From Bugula neritina (Eukaryota > Animalia > Bryozoa), in the NCBI GenBank assembly GCA_964035545.1, contig OZ037771.1:8425408-8489407 (forward strand): 64,000 nucleotides of DNA, read 5' to 3'. The position numbers and the translations under genes are program-made. Below are positions 33,370 through 61,427 of the stretch, piece after piece. The notes beneath the pieces are model-generated. The model saw only the letters and a program-made list of their open reading frames with translations. It did not search any database and was not told the DNA's origin. Numbering within the stretch: the first letter of the stretch is position 1; each line of letters opens with the position of its first letter.

Positions 33370-36300
33370 TAATAAAAATTGATCACTGTTTATTGGACGG
33401 CGTGTATTACTTAGTCAGCAGAAATCGCATGCAACATCTTCTGTATAAATTATGTTATAAAAACATCACTTTTTGGCCAAAAAACATAGGGAGGGTCACT
33501 ACATGCACCTGCACAAAATCAATTTTTGTAATACTTCGCCCGCCTGCATTGTTTTTCAATAAAAAGTTTGAATGAAAAATTTTCTTTTAAAATGAAGCTA
33601 ATCTCCAAATTGCAAAGTTAAATTGGTGTATGTGGTGATGCTGTGATTCGAGTGCAAAAGCCGCATTCATAATTATACAAAAATCATTTTCATTGCACGG
33701 AAATCAAGTTCAATTGTGTAAATGTTGTGACTATCTAGTAAAAGAAATGGCCACCAACAATTCCATCTCTCATTTATTGTTAGGCAAGCATCAAGTGCAA
33801 AGCATTGTGCTTCTCCTCTTTCAACTATAGGTTGAGTAAATATTCGTGAACAAAAACAATTGACTGCTAGCTAACCATTCAGCAGTGTATTCAATTCCGG
33901 CAGACGTGATGATTATTATATTTGCTAATATAATGTCTATTCATTTAATAATTTTTATGTTTATTTAAGTTGGAATTAGACGGATTTCTTGGGTCACATT
34001 CAGTACAGGGCATCTTATTTACTTGACTTGATTATAACCACATCTTACAGACTGAAGCATGCTTGCACTGGTCACACCTGATATCTTTAGTACTTGCTCA
34101 ATGAATGTCTCATATGTGTTTAATTTTTGACTTTTAGGGACCAGAATGTTGGAAGCTGTCTACAGAAGACTACGATGACCAGACAAACAGCATATCTGAC
34201 CTAGATGATCTGTTTGACCTACCAGAAGTGCAGAAGGTCATGCTCACTGATCAAGGTCAAGATGAGGTCAAGGTTGAGCCCATTGAGCTTGCCAGGAGCA
34301 TTTCGTGTCCGCTCCAAGATGCCACAATACACCATTCTGACCACTGGCAGTGGAACAATGAGAATAGCGCGTCCGCCTATTACTGCGGCAGCCATCAAAC
34401 ATCTGTAGTAAAGCAGGAACCAAGGCTTTGCCACACCCCCTACCCAAATCCAGGCATCTACCCATGCTACCACATCGGCCAGTCCAAGTACGCTGAACGA
34501 CCTTGTCATCTTCCTCTGACTCCAAGTTACAACTTCAAGGAGCTGCCAGGCCGTGACAGCACCTACTCTTGCCAAACACCTGTGAGCAACAGCAACAATG
34601 TACATTACTGGCTACCGACACCTGGTATTCTCACTCCTCCGGAGACACCCACTGCTTATGTACCAAACCAAATGTATAGCAATCAGTTTTTACCTCCCCC
34701 TTCTTCAGTAAGTTTAGCACACTTGAATTTTTTCTTAGCATTCTTAGTTGTAGTGACATGTACCAACAGATATGAATCTGTAATAACCATATGGGTGTCA
34801 GTGTTTTAAACATTGAACTGCACATGTTGGTAGAACTATGCAGCACATTGGAAGTATTTTCTATTAAAACTTTTTATAGTATTACAATCAACGCAATATA
34901 AACAACAGCTTTTTATTTAAATTTCAATAAGGATGAAAAGGAATTTAATCATATTTCTTAGAATGAAAACTATGTTTTCATAATTGGCAGGGCGGTGCTG
35001 TTACCCACCCTCCTTTAGACCATACAAGTATTCAAGCGCTTAAAGTTGATGCTTTCCTGGACAAAGCAGCTCCAAAACTGAGTTCCACGCCGGGGATAAA
35101 GAAGTTTCCCCCACAGATGCCAAGCAAGAGGAGAGGTACTCAGCCTAACCCAAGGAACACCTACCCAGGCTGCTCCACCATAAGATACAATAGGAAGAGT
35201 AACCCTGACCTTGAGAAGCGAAGGACCCATAGATGTGATGCACCAAGTGAGTATTTGTTAGTCATTGTGAAGACAACTCCTTACTGATTATTGTACGAGG
35301 ATTCCAACGCTTCAGATAGAAGTTGATACCAAAAAAATACATATAAGAATGAATAAATGATAATCCAATCTATCAGAAAAATGAATATCAATTATGCAGT
35401 CATATTTTTTTCTCCTTTAATTGATAGTTGTAAGTTGAACGAACATGGCGTTACCTGATGTGCTAAGCTCTCAATTAATTTGTTTGGTTGCATCAGATCC
35501 CATGACATCATTTATACAGGCAGTGCGTATTAAAGGAGGTGCTGCATACCCCAAGAGAACTAATAGCCATCAAAGTTATTATGTAATAGAATTCTCCTCA
35601 TTTGTTGGGATGCAGTTGACACACTATCTAACATGCAACATAGAAAAAAATAAATTCCCTATTTTTCATGCATAAAATAAAAATAAGCATAGAATGTAAA
35701 TAATTTTGAGTTGTAGCATATACAGACCTTGCAGGTAAAATAATTTATATAGTGTTTGATGAATGCAGGTAAAACACATTATATGGTGCTTGACAAGTTA
35801 AGTCTTAAACACAAGTTTTATGAGAATCAATTAACTCTCACACTTGAATCAATGCTCAAACATACCGCTAACATTTGAAATAGTCTAGTGATGTGTCAAA
35901 TACAAGCGAGAAGTGTCGTATTTTATAAGACTATCTTAATGCCACTTGCCCTTATCAAGTAGTAGTAGTAATAGCAGAGGTTACTCGTGAAGCCCGCCAA
36001 ATATTGAACAAAGTTGTTGTGTAATATACTCTCAGTTGATAAGAGTGCCTACTTATCTTTTGTGTACAGAATAAAACTTCTGGTTTTAGGTTACTGTGTT
36101 GAACATACATCCGGAATATTTGTAACTGCTAGTTGTAGAATTTATATAATAAAGTGGCTCTCAAAAGTATTACTTAAAAAATACACCGAGTTTCTCCTCA
36201 TGTTCCCTCTTCTGCTTGTAACAATTTGATTGGTTGATCAGTTGGTCCTGATGAATACAACTCGCTGTATTTTGTAGATTGTCGGAAGGCGTACACTAAA

Positions 36301-38948
36301 AGCTCACATCTTAAAGCCCATCAGAGGTTGCACACAGGTATTACCACCGAGTTTTCTGTATACAATATATACAATCTGTAAATTTTCAATATGAATATGT
36401 CAGATTGAACTGGGGTCTATTTTTTATGGGCCAAAAATTGGTCAGTCAGAAGCAATTTTGTAACGGTAAAGTTTGCATAATGGTTAGTTGGAAATTATGA
36501 AAAGTATATTGAATTTTGCTAGCGCAGGTAAAAAATAAAGCTTTTTTTAATAAATGGATTTATATCAGACCCTGACCCGCAATGCCATGCTATAATTTGA
36601 TTAGCAGTTGTGTCCTCTTAGCAGACTAGGAAAGTTTTAAAAACACTGCCAGATAATGAAAGCTACTGAGGCAGACTTTGTCTAACGCCTGCAGTCATCT
36701 TTGAAGTTTTCCTTTTCAAATTATAAAACAGTGAAGCTTGTGTTTAATTGTTAAGTTGCATTCTTTTAATAGAATGGCCATGCATTGTAACCTCATTAGC
36801 AGAGGCAAGCTGGTGCATAAAGTTACTCATGCAGCTAAAAACTAACAATTTGTTTTCTATAATGTAGTCATGTAGGAGCATTTGAAATCTACCTTCATTT
36901 GATTGCAGTGATTTGTGCATATTTGTATCTAAGAGTTGTTACACGTATAGAGAAACGTTGGCTTTCACACAACTAATGCACTCAGTGTGATCATGGAAAT
37001 GAGTAAACACAATATACTCACATTCAAGTGCAAATCAAAACTCATACATTTTAGTTTGCAAAATATAAAACAACTAAGAAAATATTTAACCCTCTTCTAA
37101 GAACAATACTATGGGGAGTATAAAAATTTATCGAATATTTCATTTCATAAAACAAGTCTGTTCCGGTAATCTCTAATAAATAACTAACTTATAGTAAACT
37201 GAAGGAGCCAACAAGCAGATATTCAAGTCATTAAGGTTTGATAAATTTAAAAAGTAGCTTATCTTTGTTTTGTCATCCCCCAGCTCAAGTACAAGAAATA
37301 GCGACTGTGAACTTATCTACTGTATTTTATTGTCAGTACATTTAATATTAGAGTGATGAAAACATGGTTATTCAACCTATTATTTTATAGATGATAAGAT
37401 ATATGAGAAATTATGAGAAAATTATAAAGAAAGACTGGGCCAATATTTGCTAAGAAGATATTATTAATGCTCTTATCAGTCAAGATGGATTTTGTTTGCT
37501 TAGCATAGTGTGCTTTTCCATGAAATTATCTGTAAAGTTAGAATAGTTGAAGTGTGAGATGGGGGATTTACCTTTTCTTGTCCAAAGGTCCTACTTCAAG
37601 TGAAAAACCTTTGCACCATGTCACTAAAAGTCACACACCCCTGTATTACATACAAACCAACATACATATTTCATAAAACAATTTACCAATAATTGGGTTT
37701 TATCACTTCCAATAAGTTCAGTTGAAAAAACAAATTGAATAGATGAGAAGTTACTGTAATATGAATCAGTATTGGTTGGTAATAAAACTCGGTAGCTAGA
37801 GTACACAATATATGTAGCTACAGTATATACAGTATATGTAGCTACAGTATATACAGTATATGTAGCTACAGTATACAGTATATGTAGCTACAGTATATAC
37901 AATATACTGTAGCTACAGTATATTGTATATGTAGCTACAGTATATACAGTATATGTAGCTACAGTATATACAGATGGGAATGTAAATATTCATATTCATA
38001 TTGGAGTTTGACTTTTAGAAAAATATTTTAGACCAGAAAAGCAGGTAGCTAGGTGACCTCTTAATAGAGCCAATTTGCCCATCCTTTGTGTAGATATTAG
38101 ATACTTCCCTTTTCCTCCATCTATAATCTATCTCTTGTCCTTATTGTTAGTGTCACACAGAGCAAACACACAGCTTATAGACATACTTGGTTACTTCCTA
38201 CCTTCATGCAAATATCAGCATGTAGCATAGTTGTGAATATTCATTCAAGTGAAAGCTTATATACATATTGCCTTAACTATAATTATATAATAATTATTAT
38301 TTACATGATAAATTGGAAATAACATTAATATATAATATGCAAGCATGTGTTATGTATAATGATCGTTATATAATATTTATTTAAGTTTCAAAATACCACT
38401 AAACAGGTATCACTCTATTGTTATAATTTGCAACGTGAGACAAGCAAGGTTAAGGTTAATGGAGCAAACATGCTAGCAACACCATCACTGAGTTTTATTA
38501 TTCCTTTTGTTTTGTAAGTTTATAGGTAGACGTTAAGCTAGTATAACTATTCCATAATAAACTTCTCTGTTAAATTATTATTTTATGTGTTGGTCAGATT
38601 TGCTTCATGTAATAATTTCTCTATTTGCTATTCACTATTTGCTAAAGAATATGATCAAGAGTTCCACCACTGATAGGTCTCTCATTTGTAGGTGAAAAGC
38701 CGTATCTATGTTCGTTTCCTGACTGCGACTGGAGGTTTGCCAGAAGTGATGAGCTCACTCGCCACACTCGAAAGCACACAGGAGCCAAACCATTTTGTTG
38801 CAACATCTGTGAGAGAAGGTTTGCTCGGTCTGACCACCTGGCCCTTCACATGAAGCGTCATGGGCCCAAATCACAGAAAATGAGTAACCAGACGGCTACA
38901 CCCCAGTCTGAGTGTGACATTAAGCAAGAGTTATTCTCCATGCACTGA
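30963..38948 (+). CDS. KLF5: Kruppel-like factor, KLF5-like
   Basis: Exons 30963-31079, 34138-34707, 34991-35246, 36278-36337, 38692-38948. Pre-finger motif [17 protein letters not shown] typical of KLF5. Three C2H2 fingers ([44 protein letters not shown]). First exon less certain. Confidence 0.93.
37808..37973. repeat. Intronic minisatellite, ~24-bp unit, with an internal 36-bp palindrome
   Basis: tatatgtagctacagtatatacag tandem copies. Confidence 0.85.
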
Positions 38949-40453
38949 GTAGTTAGAATCATGTATGATGACATAGTTAGTGGAAGGTGAATCAACATCT
39001 TATCTCCTTAGTGATGATGTATGCACCTTATTTTCTTAACATAATATATTTCTATGATACAATCAAACTGCCTACAATGTATATATTTTCTCATTACTTC
39101 TGTTCCCCATCTTTATATTCTCACATTATTTACATGATGGCCCATATATTTTACTAACCCATGATTTATTAATTTTGATGTAAAGAGCACAAAACCATAT
39201 ATTTAGCATGTCTACATTTAATTATATTTTTACAGTTAATTTTGATAGAATTATCGTTTTATAAAGTTTAGTTTTGGGATTTATGCATTTAGTAGGTATG
39301 CATGTATATATTTTGTATATAAGCTTTGCTATGAATATATAATATAATAATATTATAATCATGTCACTAATATTTCTCTATGCAAAAATTTTGTAAATAA
39401 TTGTAATTTTATTTTTATCAAATTGCACATTTTCATAAGCTACTTACTCTATGCTGTATTACTAAAGAGATGGTATAATCAACCTATCAATATTTTTACT
39501 AAATTGCATCAGCTCCTTATTTTACTCATGATGTAACATTTCGCAAGGAGTGAGTAGACTAGACTACGTGTTACGACTACATTTATGATCAATAAACACA
39601 ATAACTAAAACCAGCTCCTTTAACTTTTACCGTTTTTACTATTTATCAGCATTTCTATTCATGATGAATTTTCAATTTTGATGAGAATTTCAAATAAATT
39701 TCCATTTCAAGTGTTAGAAGCTCAGAAAGTTAATGCAGTTTTAAGTCTGACCAAACTTGTACGAACTTCTTGGATTTAGCGCCAGTTTCTTAGCCTTCTA
39801 TTGGGACTACCTCTACTTAAACAGCATTAAAAGTTTCACCAACTAATTTGCCTAGTGTAAATAGGCAAATTACAATAGGCAATTTGTATTTATTGGCTAA
39901 ATTTTATTTATTTAGCGCTTCTGTAACCTAAGATGCTGTTTTATTATTATTATTGAGACTATTGGGTGTTTTTACTAACTCTATACTCTCTCTCTCCAAG
40001 AAAAATTCCAACAACTATTACTATAAGCTATACAATAATGTCTATATTGGCTTGACATAAAATGATGCTAAGCAAATCAACAAACCTTTAGTTTTATTGT
40101 TTATTTTCAAAGGACTCAATTAAACAAATTTAAAAATAACATAGCAACTTGATCAACACACGAAGTTATTAGCAAAAAATATTTTGTAAAAACCTGAATA
40201 TATACATAACATCAACTGCATTACTAAAGACCAAGTGTAACATTTATTACATAATTTGCTTTCACCAATCAATGTACAGTCATAATACATAATTGTGAAT
40301 GTGCTCCAACACTGACTTTACAGTTTTCTTCCACAGTTTAGTGATTCGTGAAATGAATGTACAAATACGGGTATGCTGATGATAAGATAACTCCAGTCTA
40401 GTCAAGTCACATGTACATGCTGTAAGTTCCAAGTTATCTTGTATATACACAAC

Positions 40454-55212
<14,759 letters not shown>

Positions 55213-58200
55213 TTTATGTGTCAATTCAGCAATAATTCCTAACAGATTATATCATCTAAAAATAAAAATACAGAATTCGGTTGTAGGAAAATCACAACCC
55301 ATTGCTTCTACCCACTGAACAAACTAGATAGAATTAAGTTTTTGGTTATACAACAATGTAAATAACACAATAAGCCAACATAAAATAATTTTCTTCCCCT
55401 ACCTGAATCAACATTCAATAGATATTTTATCACTCATATTATGTAAATGTTAGGAAAATAAAAAGAAAATATTTTCTACATTTCAACAGATAATACTTCT
55501 AATGCCAATCATTCAAGTTAGAAAATATGATAATTGATGAAGTATACAGGTTTCTATGTTGAATCTCACAATAACAGATTTTGTAGAAACTAATTACAGA
55601 AGCATTTGTAACAAATTTACATTAGAACCAAAAGTAAAACTTCGAATCACGCAGTACAGGTAGATTGAAATTTTAGAACTCAAACGGCTCGATTGTGTTG
55701 AGGAATAAGCAATTTAATAAGAGACTTTTAGTCAATTGTTACAGTTTATGCTTCAGTTCCAGTTACATATTTGAAAGTATGAAAAATAAACAGATGACAC
55801 AGATAAGAAAATCATTGGATTGCAATTGATTTAGGCTGCCAAAGCAGTGTTGTAAGCAGTGTTGTAAGCAGTCTCGTACAGTCGCACATTGGTATAGTGA
55901 TACTAATACTGATAGTCATACGGCGTCTGCTAAGCCACATGAAAATAGGAACACGCGATTGTTATTCCGCATCTAAATTCAGTGGTCATGGTTTAACTTA
56001 ATGTTATAATTATGAAGTGATTCTGATAGTGATGGCAATCAATGATGTTCATATTCATATTAATTTTGATTGTCATACTGATACTCATACTGAAAGTGAC
56101 CTCCAGGCTCCATGTGGGAGCAGTAGTGGAGAAATTGAGATAACTTAAGTTCTTTAGTTCTAAGTTCTTTCTACTTCTGATAGTGATATTCATAGTGACT
56201 ATTCATATTTTAATCATAATGATAATCACTCAAACTTAAAGTTAATGACGTAGCAATACTAAACTTGTCTAATGTTAAAATTAATAATCATAATGATTAT
56301 ATATTTATAAATACCAATATCAAATTCAATAGTAGTACTAGTACTAATCTACTAATAGACAAATAGTAATACTAATCGAATTACTATTACTATTAGACAT
56401 TAGTATTACTATTAGTATTAGTATAAGTGTTACTATTAACTTAATTAATTAATTAAGTATTAAGTATAAATATTAGTTGTAAATCTTAATCTAATTTTTA
56501 AAATACTAAAACATCAACTTAAACTGCTAATTTTAAATTTATTATTTGAAATTAATCATCCCGGTCAGTCACAGTGAGTGTCACCAGTCTGAGTCTCAGC
56601 CACCACCGAAATAGACTCTCAGTCTCACTAGTCACTCGCTCTCGGACTCTCAAACTCAAAGTCAATCTCACTTTGGCACCGAGTGCACTGACGTCTGGAA
56701 CGCAATGCTATAACTAATCTTAGTGCAGTAAACTTTGACTTGAATGAATCCTAAAACTGAAAGAACTGTAAGCAATACGACTGGAACATCAGGACCCAAG
56801 CTGAAGTACTGAGTAGTGAAGTCGCAGTACTAGTTCAGTAGTACTAGTTGCCGTTATTCTCTAAGAACTCCATTAACAAATCATAGTCCAAAAAAGTACG
56901 TAGCTTTCGAGTTTTTTAACCCTGCATAAACCGAAAACAGTGCTTTACCCGCTCTTCAAGCATATGACTGACGTACGACAACTCCGTAGAAAGTTTGCAA
57001 AGCGTTTACAAAAGGTAAGGTGTGAGATAGTCTTTAGTGACAATAGAAGCTTTCATGGAGCATTTATATTTTATAATGTTCGTGAGTATAGTTGCTATAG
57101 TATGAATTGTAACACAGCCTCACACACGCAAATATAACTGTTGTATAGGATAACTGAAATTTCTAACAAACAATTCTAAGGTTGAAAACTTCTAGCAAGC
57201 TATTGCAGCAAAATGACATGTTGAGGTTATTTAAAACAGTTGCAGCACTTGGCTATTGTGGCAAATAATTTATGCCTGAAGTCTATCACGTTTAGGGTGC
57301 AGATAGAAGAATAATAAATTATCTAGCAATTAATCACAATTCAGAATGGATAATCAATCTTTTGATTTCTTGGTTGTAAACCTGCTTACATCAAGCACAG
57401 CATTTAAGCCAAAGCATAAGCAAGCACTTTCATTGTATACTATAAGTACTAAAGCAGTTTTCAATTGTTCATCGGTGTTAATTTTATTCCATCTAAAAAT
57501 ATATACATTAAAAACAAAATAGTAAACTTAATCAAATAATATAGATTGGTATTTACAAAAAAAAAATAACATTTTAAATCATACACTAGCAGTTTCTTGA
57601 AGCTTGCTGGCTTTCTTTACTACATACAAGTGGCCATGTGATGCCATCATGAGGTAGCAGAAGTCATTGTAGTTCACTGTAAACAATAGAAGGTGGGTTA
57701 ACCAGCATTATATGAACGAGTTACTAAACAACAAAGACAAACTTTACAAGAAAGCATTGAATTGGAATCAAATCTCTATCAGTAAAAATGAATCCAAAGT
57801 GTAAAATTTGAAAACTTCTCCAATACTTGCAAAAAAACTTACAAAATTCTACAAATAAAATTATATACTATAAATTGACAAAGTCACAAATCACTAGTGC
57901 TGAGCAAGGTTGGCATAACTTGCAAGCTAATTTTATTGCATAATTTTGGCACCCACCACAGAAATTACACAAAGCAAATTAGTGATTTACCAGAAACTCT
58001 GCGAAGGTCATCCTTATTGTCGAGAGGAAATTCTACGCACTTGGTAAACAGGTTATATAATCTAGTAGCAAGTTCTTCTTGATACTCCAGATCGCCACCT
58101 GACTGTCAGATGCGAATAAACTGGCGATGAAACAACATATACTGGGCACACAAATGTTGCGGAAATGTGCATAGTCATCTATATTCTGGGTCATATTGAA

Positions 58201-61177
58201 AAATATTTCACCACTTAGCAATTTTTTTATTTGCAAATATATTTTTATATATATTTTATTTTTAAATTTTTTACATTAAAAAAGATTGAGACTCACGACT
58301 AACCAGCTGATTACCCTGTACACTATGACACTGTACCCTAATAGATTAGTATTATTAAAGTATCATTCAACTTATATCAGAAATCTAAGTCAGATTCATT
58401 TAAAAACCTGTTGGTAAGTTTGTTACTGATCTGCTAAAAACAAATTAAATTTCAACTGAAACACTTAGATGGCAATACTCTAAGCAAAAAGTTTCGCCTG
58501 GAAAAATTGCGGCTCTTAGTAGAAAATTTACAGCAATTTGTTAGTAAATGCTTAAAACTATCTATAATAAACAGGTGGGCAACTCAGTTTAAAACTTAAA
58601 TCAATACCATAAGTTACAGAATTCAATTGTTGATTACAAAACTACGAACTTACTTTAAGTATATTTCCATCCCCATCTATCTCCAAATGTCCCAAACAAC
58701 CACTAATTTGTTCCAACTGTGCCATAGCTCAGGTTAACTTTGATGTGTTTCTTATATATTTGAGTATTTTTATTCTGCATTGATCCTTGAATCTGAATGC
58801 TAATATAAATAATCACAATATCATCAAACACGTACACAATTTCGCATAACTATAGAAGTTTTTCATTTTATTTTCATTGTGTCCCATGAGTAGAATACAG
58901 TGAACTTCAAGACCAGCTTCTTATTTGCAAACAAATAGGCTAATACTTTTGCTCCAGATACTACCTTGACATGAACATCTACAGTCTACACTAATCAGAT
59001 ACTTTTATACTAACTGACTTGATCAATCTATTCTGATATTAGTTCAATTTTCAAAGACCAGCAAACTAAGTGAAAATGAATAAAGCTAGTGTTGCAGAAA
59101 AACAAGCGTTTAGGCATCTGTTGAAGAAATTAATTATTGCAATTGCCTGGTCAATCACAGAGATGTATGGTGACAGATAACTCTATGTTAGCAGTTTTAC
59201 CGTACAAAATGAAAATTTTCTTATAGTATTTGAGTCACTTGCATTCCATGTTTTTATGATTTAGCATTTTATTTTTTTGCTGACACCATCTAAGCATTTT
59301 GATCTAAATAATCATTAAGGAATTATTACTTTTAAAAACACTTTTAACATTTAGCTAAGAATTTTTTAATCCATCAATTTTAGACAAACATGACTATAAT
59401 GAGCTATGCATATAATGATGTGCAATAAAATACAGTGCTATCACCCTTAGTATTACAACCACTGCTTATAACATATTTCACCAAATTAGCAAATTTATTG
59501 CCCCATTCAAAATTGAAAAAAAATCAAAACATGATTAAACACCATAGCAAAATCGTAATACCATACTAAACAGGAAAAATGAAAATTTGAATTGTTTTTT
59601 AAAATTTATAGTAAACACATCGAAGACACGCTAATAACATTGTTATTTATTTATTTGTTTTATCACATTTACTTATAGTAATTTACTAATTCAAGTAACC
59701 ACAACCTTAGAGCATTTCTACAGTTCTATGTGGTTTTACCTTCAACATGATTTTACATATATGTAGTACTAGCAGTAGTACTAGCAGCAGTACTAGCAGC
59801 AGTACTAGAAGTAGCAGTAGCCGCAGCAGCAGTAGTAGTACAAGTACATTAAGTTTAACATATGTTTTTTGTACTTGTACTCAACTTGCAGTACTAGTAG
59901 TACTAGTAATAACGCTATTACCAGCACCAATACTGCAATAGTAATAGTACTACTACTACTAGTAGTAGTAGTAGCAGTAGTAATAGTACTACTATTACTA
60001 TTACTAGTGGTACTACTACTAGTACTGCAAATTGAAATATAAGTTGAAAATTAACTCTAAGGTATGAGCCAAAACGAAAGTTCAATTTTCAATCACTATG
60101 AGTAAGGCCATCACTTTGAGTTTATTACTATCACTATCAGCATGGCTATTAGTTAGAATATCAGCATGATGATGAGTATCACCATCATCATAACGATCAG
60201 TATCACTATCAGTATCACACTCACTGAGACTGAGTCAGTGTGAGTGTCACTGTCAGACCCAGTCAGTGTCACTACAACTACAAGTACAACTATTGTCTAT
60301 TGGTATAACATTAACTATTACTAGTAGTATTAGCTATGAGTTTGTAAGCTATGAGCATGACTATCACTACATCGTGATCACCATACATAAAATTTAGACC
60401 AAAGTGAACGGAAAGTAAAGTAAAATAATAAACATTTGGCTTTGCAATTAGAATTCTACTTAATTGCGAACACTACATCTAATAATTATAAACTGAAACT
60501 AAAAGTGAAACGAAATCATGTGATGGGACCGATTTTGCGACTTTTTATAGATGAGATAACTCTGTAAGTGTGTTTACGCGCGTATATTCTTATAGTACTC
60601 AGGTGGGGTTGTAGCAGCCGACTCCGTGAGAAACCCTGGTAGAAAAGTTTTTTGAAAACGGCTGCCTTTAATTTAATGAATATGCTTCATATTTATTAAA
60701 TTATTATAATTATAGTAACATGATAATTATTGAGCTAAAATGCGTTTCATTCCAGTAATGGTAATTATGTTAGTAGAAATTAGGGACAAAAATTTTTACT
60801 TGGGTTCATTGTAATTTGTAGAAAGCATTGAAAGAGTTTCAGTTCAGTGGTAGAAAGCCCCATTGCGATTTTTTTTGAGAGAAGATAACTCAATAACAGC
60901 AGACAAACGCAAGTGAACTGAAACTATAGACTTATAGTCATTGAACTCTTATAGTTTCAGTTCAGTGCTTATAGTTCAATGATACCTATCTTTATTCAAA
61001 AAGCGAGTTAAAATTTATAGCACTACAACAAATTAAATTTAAATTTTTTTCATTCAAATTAATTTAAAATGATATTGTAATATATATACATTTATAATGC
61101 TTTGGTTAGACTTATTTAGAGCTAGGCTATTGCTGAAAACGGAAATGAATACATTTATAATATCCGGTATCGAACAA

Positions 61178-61187
61178 GTCATGTGAC
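61178..61187. promoter_or_regulatory. M-box/CLEAR-like element GTCATGTGAC upstream of ATP6AP2
   Basis: One mismatch to the CLEAR consensus GTCACGTGAC, 240 bp upstream of the ATG of a V-ATPase accessory gene. Confidence 0.55.
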
Positions 61188-61427
61188 ATGCATGTATAAT
61201 AATCGTTATGTATGCTATATTAATATTGTAATATTTTTTCTACGAGCACTAGTAGAATCCTTAGCCGAACAGATAGTGACGACTGGTGATAGGCAGTGAC
61301 TTCATCGGCTTGACTAGAACTAAGATTAATGTCAACGTAATAAGCTTTGCAGTTAAAATATTATAACGTAGTTATACTTAAGTAAACCTAAAACTTGAAG
61401 TAAACAATTGAACATCAACAAGTGAAC

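Noticed and set aside
55247-55255. Minimal uORF ATG ATA TAA upstream of the U2SURP start
   Set aside because: Depends on which acceptor is used, and is common by chance in AT-rich UTRs
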